A stretch of 64,000 nt of DNA from a virus. This document shows, one piece after another, positions 55,528-64,000 of the stretch. Each line of letters begins with the position of its first letter. Within the stretch, counting starts at the first letter, position 1. The position numbers and the translations under genes were made by a program. The stretch lies in the IMG/VR virus record IMGVR_UViG_3300045125_000077. One strand, written 5' to 3'. Under the pieces are notes generated by a model. That model made no database searches and had not been told where the DNA came from. It saw only the letters and a program-made list of their open reading frames with translations.

Positions 55528-57987
55528 TTATGGAGTAAATGGTACATCTACCTCATATGCTGAACTTGAATAAACTGTTCCAGATGAAGCAAATACTCCA
55601 GTAGGATATTTTATCCAATACAATTGAAACCTATATACACCTGGGTGAAGGTGGTAATATTGAACCATATTGATTATTCCAGCCAACCGCCCTCTGTTCT
55701 GTACCTCCCGACAAAGCCTCGCCAAGCCGATCCGTCCCAATATAGAGCTTTACAACGTAGTCTATACGAACCAGTCGCCGCCGCTGACAATACTGCCGGG
55801 ATCCGTAGTATAAATGTATGGAGGATTGTTGTATGTAAATGTGGTAGATGAACCAGTAGTGGTACTCAGATATACATTTGGATGATTAGATGCAATATAA
55901 GCCGGAGGAGTGACTGGAGTAAATCCAGATGCAGTAGCAATTGACATCGTTGTTATTCCCCAAGGAACTGGTTGAGTTGTCGGTGCATAAGAACTGTTAT
56001 ATGTTACCCAGTAAAGTTCTGGCTGGCCAAACGCCAACCGCTGGAGGAAATATTTCGGAATAATTATTATTGAATGCGACGGTTCTTTGTTGGGCATTTA
56101 CTCCAAGCGCCGCGCCCAGTTCGGTACCAGTATTACCAGAAATTTTGCATCTCAATCTATATCTAAAAGAACTTAATACTGACGAATTTCCGGTGTAAAT
56201 ATATGGTGGATTGTTTATAGAATATGTCGTGTTAGACAAATATACTTCATTTCCTGAAACGGTGGCGGAGAAAATGTGGATGCGGTGGCGACACTCATTG
56301 TTACGGTAGTAAATGCTGCACCTCCATTCACAGAAATTACTGGATATTGCCCATAAATGTCTGGTGTATCTCCATACTCAACGTAATATAAATCGGTCGT
56401 ATATAATCCAACCGGAGGAACATCTACGGGAACATAATTTGTATTAAATACATTTGCTCGTTGTTCTAGTGCCAAGTATGGAGCAACCTCCAATAATTCT
56501 CTGGCTTTTACTCTCAATTTCCAACGAGTCAATGATGTTATTGAAGAATTCGTAGTAAATACTGTAGGAGAATCGTTTTCTCTAAAACTGCTTGCACTGA
56601 GATAAATACCCCGGCGGCAAAGGAGGAGTTGGCGTAGGTGGTTCCCGCTTGCGTCGGAGTTGGCGTAGGTGGCATTGGTGACGGAGTAATTGTCACGGTC
56701 GGAGATAGGCGTTGGTGTTGGGGGACGGTGGTATATAATTTATTGCACCATATTTAGACGTATATCCTTGGAAACTGAAAGTACGGCGTTGCACGCGCTA
56801 TAAAAGACATACAAACTTCTCATCTGTATGTGCTACTCCAAGTTCTAGCAACGGGTAATACACTTCTTCCATACGATGCGCTTACCAATGGCACTCTATT
56901 GTTATTAAAAGAGTGGATCCCACTATTCTCCTTCGACGGCAACATTTGCCGTAGAACCAATAGATAAAAAGAGGCTGGCCCTGGCGAATATACGGGGAAA
57001 CAATCTGTCAATACATAATTTTCTGGTAACACATTTCTTTGAACCCCATTACCTAAATACCCAGAACATTCCATCGCTGAAAAATATTAAATCCGAATTC
57101 CTTAGAAGGACTTGCTGCTTCTGCACCATCTCTTGGTAATAGTAGGTGATTATCTCCGACAGAATCTAACCACTGCGTTGGTCCCGGATTTAAGTTTTCC
57201 GGACGATACGATGATACCAATGTTGCATCATTATTTCTCCCGCACCACCGTAATAATTTTGTGTTACTTTCGTTCCATTGAGCGCAGCGTTAAATACGTG
57301 AGCCTCATAAATCACGCAGTTTATATTCCAGTGGCTTCCGGACTGTCCATTTCCCATTGTGGTTACAGAACTGCTGATATAGCTTGGTGCTCCGGATAAT
57401 GTACCAATCAGTGCAGAATTTATATAAAATTTAAATTCTCCAGTATATTCTTTTGTTATCGTCGCTTCGAACGCACGGTTTGGATATAAATTTATAAAGT
57501 CGGCATATTCGATTACTTTCTCCGTTGTACCATCATTTATGTATCCAATCAAACTGCTAGATTTTACTCCAATATATGCTCTACTACCATAATCGGACAT
57601 GCCGATTAGTTGAGAACCTGCACCAAACAACACTCTACTACCAGTGTCATTCAGTAAAGCGTCGGATGGTATAAATGCTTTTACTGACAGAGAAAAAGTT
57701 ATTGCCCAAATTATTCGCCTTACCATAACAATACATACTTAGTTCATCTAACGGAGCAACATTTGCAGCAAAAGATAATCCGTTTGAGTTTTGATATCCC
57801 GTGTTGAGGAACAGCAAAATTGGCAAAACCACCAGAAACAACATATTCAGCAAAATCTGCTGTGGTAATTTTTGGTTTCACCAGTAGGACTTGTAAGTTC
57901 GCTAACGTCTACAATAGGAAGCCAGTCGCCATTTGCTACATTTGTTGAAGTAAGTGTGCGTAGTTCAGTTGTTTTCTGGTTTGCCAT
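55528..57987 (-). CDS. putative tail-fibre-type protein(s): N-terminal anchor, LamG-like domain, Pro/Thr linker, two internal repeats (heavily frameshifted; may be more than one gene)
   Basis: MANQKTTELRTLTSTNVANGDWLPIVDVS...TKKIT; YINSALIG...IYEAHVFNAAL; PT tract ~56620-56730; repeats ..TMS(V/I)ATAS...VYLS...NNPPYIYT. Confidence 0.5.
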
Positions 57988-58071
57988 AATAAAAATATCG
58001 TTTGATTATAAATATCAAACCACACCCAAAAATATATACCATTTTATATTTTATGAAATACTTATTATATC

Positions 58072-58845
58072 TTACCCCAAGGCTTTTACCTTTTGTACGA
58101 TAAACTTGACTAGAGCACTGCGTAAAATATCGTCCTCAGTAAACTCAAACGTATATATACCGTGTTCTTTGCTGTCATCGTCGTTGAACAGGTTGAATAT
58201 CGATTGAAATCCACTGCGACCATTTATATCCGATTGTTGTGGGTCTCCGCACACAAATATCTTACTAAATTCGCCTGCTCTGGTCATTAGTGTTATAAGC
58301 TCCTTTTTTGTGCAGTTTTGCATTTCATCTGCTACAACTGCCTTGGCATTCCAGTTCAACCCGCGTAGATATCCAATCGGCAAACCTTCTATACGGCTGT
58401 CTCTTATCAAGAACTGTATATCTTCTTTTGGCAAAAGTTCATCAAGTTTATCAATGAGTGGACGCTTATATGGACTTAGTTTGTCATCTGCTTCGCCGGG
58501 CAATGTGCCCATTTTTGCGTCAGCACTTTCAACGATGCTACGAACATATAACAAGTCGCTGTACTTTTTTCGTTCATTAGCAGCAACGCCGCTAATACAG
58601 ACAAATATGTTTTTGTTGAACCTGCTGGACCAGACACCAATAACATTTTTACTTTTTTATCTAACGCAAGTTCTATGAATTTTTTCTGCTTTTCTGTAAG
58701 TTCTCTTTCTAATATACGCAGAGGATGGTCTAATTTTCCTCTTTGATGCACTACTGATCTTTTATCTTTTTTGTTGTGGCAGTTGATTGTTGTTTTCTAA
58801 TTCGTTATGTTTCTTCTTGTTCAGTAGGCGTTTTTTCTTTGACAT
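58072..58845 (-). CDS. phoH: PhoH-like ATPase
   Basis: GPAGSTKT, GTLPGEADDK, YLRGLNW, DEMQN, TRAGEFSK...GDPQQSD. Confidence 0.93.
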
Positions 58846-58849
58846 ATGT

Positions 58850-59219
58850 TATTTTGTTTTTTTGTATTCAAAAAAGATGGACATCATATCCAACTTTTGC
58901 ATAACCTTTCTGGCCTTGCGGCAAACTTCAAAATCTTCGTTCTTCTTGGAAAACTCAATGATGTTTTGAATATTTTCCCTGAAATCTTGCGGTTCATCAA
59001 CACCACAAAACTTGAGTTTTTGAAACTGAATACTTTCACAACCGGCATTCGCATTTTGATGCCATATTCTATATTTTCCAGTATGCGATGGTTGATTTCC
59101 GAACGATGCGATTCTAAATATTTCTCCATCTCCGCATTAGATGATGGCAGTTCTATGACTTCGTATGTGTTTTTTAACTTTGATTTTGATCCAGACTTAC
59201 TGCGTGGATTCTTTTTCAT
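58850..59219 (-). CDS. hypothetical protein
   Basis: ORF 58884-59219 with a frameshifted C-terminus. Confidence 0.55.
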
Positions 59220-59224
59220 ATACT

Positions 59225-59575
59225 GAAGATAAATATATCTCTAACAAGGATTTTCCCATTATATTTACAAACCTTTCATTCTCTGATAAAGTTTCTTCGC
59301 CTGTAGCATCAAGTATGATATGCATTACTTCGTGAAAAAAGTCTCTGCAACGGTTTCTTCTGTTATTTTTACTTTTGCTTCATATATCACGCCGTCTTCT
59401 TCATATTTTCTATTTACTTCACCAATATCTGCAATCGTATTAGTTTAAGGTCTTCATCCGCACAACCATAACAATCTTCTTTTTCAAACAAATCATTCTC
59501 CATTTGGACTTTATATTTATGTCCAAAAAGTGTAAATTCTTTAGGTATATTAAGTCTTTTTTCAGTATTAAACAC
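59225..59575 (-). CDS. small HExxH (zincin-like) protein
   Basis: GTG start MFNTEKRLNIPKEFTLFGHKYKV...; after frameshift FFHEVMHIILDATG...ENERFVN. Confidence 0.65.
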
Positions 59576-59589
59576 TACATATAAATATA

Positions 59590-59865
59590 ATGAGCGAACA
59601 AAAGAACCAGATTTTATAGATAAGGCCAAAAAGCCTAGGCAAAGCAGTGTATGAATGGAGTGTAAAAGACAAATTTAACAAAGTTCCACCAGAAATATTC
59701 GAGCACCGTAAATCTATATGCCTTGCCTGTCCAAACTGGGACAGTGAAGCATTTAATGGTTGGGAAAATGCAAACTATGTGGATGCTCTGTGGCAAAATT
59801 GTATATGCCAAGTTCTATTTGCCCAGACAAGCCACCAAGATGGGAAACGTATAGTTGTTTCTTAA
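59590..59865 (+). CDS. small Cys-rich protein (DUF6171-like)
   Basis: MSEQKEPDFIDKAKSLG...HRKSICLACP...G(L)GKCKLCGCSVAKLYMPSSICPDKPPRW with a one-base correction. Confidence 0.65.
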
Positions 59866-60070
59866 TCTTTTTTGTTGCACGTTCCACAGCCAGCAAAAAG
59901 ACCTTCGCAGTATGAACAAAAGCCGGTAAATACTTGATGTATTCCACCGGCTTTATACTTTAATAATACTATTTGATTTTTATTATCTTTGCACGAACGG
60001 CAAATATAAACACTACCGTGACTTTTAGTTTGTTTAGTTCGCTGCTTGAGATAATGGTTTCTTTAGACAC
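59862..60070 (-). CDS. small putative zinc-binding protein (three CxxC)
   Basis: Hand translation ...YICRSCKDN...GFCSYCEGLFAGCGTCNKKD*. Confidence 0.55.
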
Positions 60071-60147
60071 GATATTAGTGAGATTATAATAATAAATATA
60101 ATCTTTTCCGTGATGAACTTGTTTTGATTTGTGTCTAAATACGGTTT

Positions 60148-60519
60148 TTATTGTAGCAAATCCTTGCCCAACTTTTCATTTCTAAAATACCATCTGGTCA
60201 AAAATTCATTGACCTGAATGTCTTGAGCAATATTACACCATTCTCTATCCAGTTTGGGATTAATAAGCCAATGACCAAATGATACATGACACATTTCGTG
60301 ACAAATCACAAATAGTTTCTTGGTTCTGTTATATTTTTTCCAAACATATGGATTAGCAACAAGCCTGAAGTTGTTGTTATGTATTTCCAGTTCAATAGAC
60401 TCTGCATCTTCATCAAAAGTCATAGGTTCAAATCGTCGCCACATCTCTCCGTACATAGGATTGATGATGTCAAGATTCATACTCAACCATTGATTTTCTT
60501 TTTTGCCAAGTTTTTTCAT
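60148..60519 (-). CDS. putative metallopeptidase domain (DUF2201 N-terminal-like)
   Basis: FVICHEMCHVSFGH...WCNIAQDIQVN (HExxH...H plus NxAxD..N). Confidence 0.7.
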   Translation of the reverse strand: MKKLGKKENQWLSMNLDIINPMYGEMWRRFEPMTFDEDAESIELEIHNNNFRLVANPYVWKKYNRTKKLFVICHEMCHVSFGHWLINPKLDREWCNIAQDIQVNEFLTRWYFRNEKLGKDLLQ

Positions 60520-60520
60520 A

Positions 60521-60545
60521 AAAATAAAGGGGAGGTTTCCTCCCC
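60521..60545 (-). terminator. intrinsic terminator
   Basis: GGGGAGG-AAA-CCTCCCC followed by TTTATTTT. Confidence 0.75.
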
Positions 60546-60549
60546 AGTT

Positions 60550-60764
60550 TTTACACTCTGGCTCGTCGAGCCTTCTTTTGCTCTTGGGCTTTTCAGCTTT
60601 GCTAGCTACATACTTTTCGCCAGCAGCCTTTCGCCGGGGCAGCACTTCGCCCACGAGTTGCGAGTCTTCTTGCTCGCAAACTCATACTTCTTTCCTTCTT
60701 CCAACAGCTTTTGCACTTCATCAACAGAAGCTGCACTCAAAATGCGTTGCTTTAGACCTTGCAT
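60550..60764 (-). CDS. small basic hypothetical protein
   Basis: MQGLKQRILSAASVDEVQKLLEEGKKYEFASKKT... Confidence 0.5.
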
Positions 60765-60765
60765 A

Positions 60766-61184
60766 AATTAAACCCTCGCCTTCTTCTGTTCAGTGCGCGG
60801 ATTTCCAGCTTGCTACCGTCGTGGATATCGCTTAAGAATACCGCCCCAATAGTCAAACTCACGCTGGGCATCCAGCTTAGAGTCATACTCCGAGTCGCTC
60901 ACGCGGACGTTGTTCCGAAAACAGCGTACATTACAGTTTCAGTTTGTTCGAGTGTATTATTACCATGTTTTGGTTTTTATGTTATTCGTTGTAACGGGAA
61001 TAGTTGTAACTGTCGAGATAAGACAGTTCATCGCGAATGTCGTGCTCGTTGGGCTCAATCATAGCGGAAGACCAACTTTCTTATACTGGACTTCTTCGCC
61101 AGTATCATCAGTCACGACCTTCCTAGGACGACCGCGACCACGCTTGATAGTATATGTGTTAGATGTATCATTCATCGTGCCCAT
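60766..61184 (-). CDS. AT-hook-containing hypothetical protein (frameshifted)
   Basis: MGTMNDTSNTYTIKRGRGRPRKVV; promoter TTGATA(61207-12)-N16-TATAGT(61185-90) abuts the ATG. Confidence 0.55.
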
Positions 61185-61419
61185 ACTATACCACACATCA
61201 TTAAAATATCAAGAAGAAAATATTAGAATAATTACTATTTATAACTACCGTGAATAAGTTCAGCAGTAAGTGACCGAATACAACATGGTTACATACATTT
61301 TAAATGCTGCTGCGTGTGTATATCTAAAGGCAAAACCTCATGTTTTATTTGAAGGATTATTGCGAACAATATTTACTCTAAAGTATTAGCTTCGTTCACA
61401 TTCATTATATGATTGAACT

Positions 61420-63211
61420 CTGCCACGGTCATACCAAGTTTGTTGGCAATGTCTATTGTCTTTGTATTCTTTGCTCCAAGCTTTTCCAGTGCTTTTTCTT
61501 TTCCTTTGGTGTCATCAAATGAAGTTCACGCTGTAATCTCTGATTTCTTCTGGGTCAATAGGTTCTTCAGACGTAAGTTTATCTATAAAGTCTGTTTGTC
61601 CAACATCTGTTTTCATTCCTGCCGTTAATGAAGTTGTTGGTGCAAATGGACCACCTTTACGAATATCTCTTTCAAGCCAATCAACTTTATATTCTTCTAT
61701 AGGACCAAACTTGGCAGCAAAATCCTTATACAATCTTTCAACGTCATTCCATTTTTCAATCACTTCAGCCCCGCCGTTCCAAAATGATATCATTTTTTCT
61801 AAACCAAATTCTACCAGCCAATCCGCCAGATTTTATTCTAAATGCACCTAGATCATCATCGTTATGAACATTGCCATCTTTTATAAAGTCAGCTAATGGA
61901 CCAGAATATACAGAGTCAAGCATAGCCTTCTATGTCTGATATTTCAATCTGTCGGTTTTCTAAAGTATCTATCAATTCTTGTTTTTGGTTTGGGTCGTCT
62001 GTTATAGAGTCATTATTGTCGTGTGCCATCTGAAGTACTTCCATTATGTCTGTATGTGTTCCACCCGCATTTAGTTGCTGAAAATTTTGGATATACAAAA
62101 AGCGATGGCGTCGCTATCCATATCTCGCAATCTTTGAAATCTCCATCAATACTAAGCACATTGTCTGGACTTTCCTTCAGCAAATCTTTGCGTCTTTATA
62201 TGTCCTTCAAGTGCTGGCATTGCGGCGGTTGCTTGTGCTGGATAGTCAAATCCTTTGCTGCTTTCTGTCCTGTCTGTACCAAAAACTTGGACTATAATCT
62301 GATTTATCTTTCTTAAAATGTTTTTGAGCTTTCAGTGCCTGTATTTCCTCTGGGCTCAATTTTTTCTTTGTCGTCTGGAACATTGCTTTTCAATTCTTGA
62401 TATGTATAAATTCCGCGACTATCAATAAATTCATACAATGCGGTTTCAAGATTCATGTTATAGTTTTTCATGAAACCATATACTTGATTCATATATGCAT
62501 CACTTTGTTTTTTTCATTCCAAAAACTTATTACATTTGCATCTGCCCAAATTCTGCCGCAAGTTCATTTGATTCATCGTCGCTACCGCTGCCCCGAATAT
62601 CAAGTTTTTGAAATATTTTTTATGCTTTTCTAGATACTTGCGAACATCTTCAAGACTGCTTGCATTTAGTCCGTGAAAATAACACTCATGTCGTGCGTAG
62701 TTTTTTGCTACAAGTCCAGATCGCCATCCATACGTCTAAATTCATAATTACGTTCAAACATATCTTGTTTCCCGCGTGAAACATATGCAGCATATCTAAG
62801 AATCATATCCAGGCTTCCGTGCGTTCCATTATGAAGATATATTATTATCTTGTCTTTTGGTTCTATGAAAAATGGATATGCGTCAGATCATCCCACCGAC
62901 TAGATACCGTTTTTGCGTTTTATTCCAAGTTTTTTCAAGTTTTTGAACATCTGATGGGTCGAGAAAAAATCTGTCTGGACTTTCAGACAAAATACTTTCC
63001 AGCAAAAATTGTATGTCAAATGGAGTGCGTTTTTTCACAGCAATTTACTCTTTGGTTTAAATGGATTATTTTCTGCACGAAAAGCGTGCTTTTGGTCTAT
63101 GCCTTGCTTCACGATATTAGCAGCAGCTTCATTGTAATTTGGAGCACGCTTAACTTCAGGTTGCATATCACGTATAACTTTACTTATTTCATTTTGATTT
63201 ATATTGTTCAT
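61420..63211 (-). CDS. large hypothetical protein (heavily frameshifted)
   Basis: ATG 63211 MNNINQNEISKVIRDMQPEV; fragments 61916-62098 and 61515-61793; TATTTATA box 10 nt upstream. Confidence 0.45.
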
Positions 63212-63221
63212 ATGATTTATC

Positions 63222-64000
63222 TATAAATAGCACGTAGTATACCAGCATCAGACCCAGTAATATTTATTGTTGCTCCGATTTTTACTATTGTATTTGGGTC
63301 ATAAGAAGCAGTAAATCCTTTTACGGTAGTATACCAAAATGTCCTGCACTATAAATTGTATGCGGCGGATATATGGCATAATAATCAAAACTATAATATA
63401 CTTGGCTGGCAGATAGTTGAATAATGTCTCCTGCTTGTATAGAAATATTTGATGGATATATTTGTTCTGTTTGCTGGTCGTTTAACTGAAATGTGGAACC
63501 TTTCCATAATGGAAAACTTGTAGATGTTCCATAATTCAATGGATTTATTGATATTTTTGGATATGTGGTTGGCGTCGGAGTCGGAGTAACCTCGGGTGTT
63601 TGTGTGGGTAGTAGACGGAGTATTGGTGGTGGAGTAACCGTTGGTGTTGCTGTTTCGGTTGGAGTCGGAGTAACACTTTCTGTGGGAGTAACCGTCGGAG
63701 TAACCGTTGGTGTTGCTGTTTCGGTTGGAGTCGGAGTAACACTTTCTGGTGGGAGTAACCGTCGGAGTAACCGTTGGTGTTGCTGTTTCGGTTGGAGTCG
63801 GAGTAACACTTTCTGTGGGAGTAACCGTCGGATGCAACCGTTGGTGTTGCTGTTTCGGTTGGAGTCGGAGTAACACTTTCTGTGGGAGTCGGAGTCGGAG
63901 TTGCTGGTGGGTAATATGTGGGCTCGGTCGCTTCTAAAGGTCTGTAATATCTCAGAAGAATGAAGCGGCGCACGAAAAACGCGAAAGCGTTTCACGATAA
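63222..64000 (-). CDS. Pro/Thr-rich protein, 5'-truncated by the window edge
   Basis: [25 protein letters not shown] repeats followed by a ~130-aa globular C-terminus. Confidence 0.7.
63630..63900. repeat. 66-bp tandem repeat encoding [22 protein letters not shown]
   Basis: ttggtgttgctgtttcgg recurs at 63641 and 63707 and twice more. Confidence 0.9.

Noticed and set aside
14500-60000. Stop-codon reassignment (alternative genetic code)
   Set aside because: Fragments continue in different frames rather than through in-frame TAG/TGA, and intact genes end in TAA, TAG or TGA.
60660-61190. Possible MoxR AAA ATPase upstream of the metallopeptidase gene
   Set aside because: No Walker A/B motif in any frame I translated.
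291-64000. Widespread gene fragmentation as pseudogenes or programmed frameshifts
   Set aside because: Breaks hit essential genes (primase, baseplate, sigma) at random, often at homopolymers, with intact motifs on both sides. Sequencing or polishing indels are the simpler explanation.
1-64000. tRNA, rRNA, integrase or transposase genes
   Set aside because: No cloverleaf (T-loop GTTC plus acceptor stem), rRNA-like segment or recombinase/transposase motif was found by eye; tRNAscan-SE would settle it.

Overview
This is a 64-kb fragment of a large (jumbo-type) contractile-tailed dsDNA phage genome. Nearly all genes lie on the minus strand, and one small Cys-rich gene lies on the plus strand. 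Many single-base indels split genes into overlapping ORFs in different frames. This looks like long-read or polishing error rather than pseudogenisation, so I stitched fragments by eye and many boundaries are approximate. In reading direction (64000 to 1) the window holds: Pro/Thr-rich and hypothetical proteins; PhoH; a set of (TP)n mucin-like proteins; then a glyco-enzyme block (GT60-type polypeptide alpha-GlcNAc transferase, GT25-like, NodU/CmcH carbamoyltransferase, HtrL/GT2 fusion, HD protein, second GT25-like). Next come Hsp20 with a perfect sigma-54 promoter, a candidate ~90-nt small RNA with its own promoter and terminator, a secreted tandem-Ig/beta-propeller protein of Verrucomicrobia (Opitutae) style, a DNA methyltransferase, peptide deformylase and a phage sigma factor. 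These are followed by a baseplate module (gp5-, gp25-, gp6-, gp7-like), RuvC, primase and an SbcD-SbcC fusion. The window ends with a ~14.4-kb (~4,780 aa) fibre gene built from nested 54/108/324-bp Ser/Thr/Ala repeats between an Mtd_N-like N-terminus and a DUF1983-like C-terminus. The lead hypothesis is a phage-encoded mucin-type protein O-glycosylation system with its Thr/Ser-rich substrates encoded alongside. Three promoter classes are visible: TTGAC-N16-TAnnnT, sigma-54, and a sense-strand TATTTAT(A) box. I found no tRNA, rRNA, CRISPR array, reverse transcriptase or transposase.
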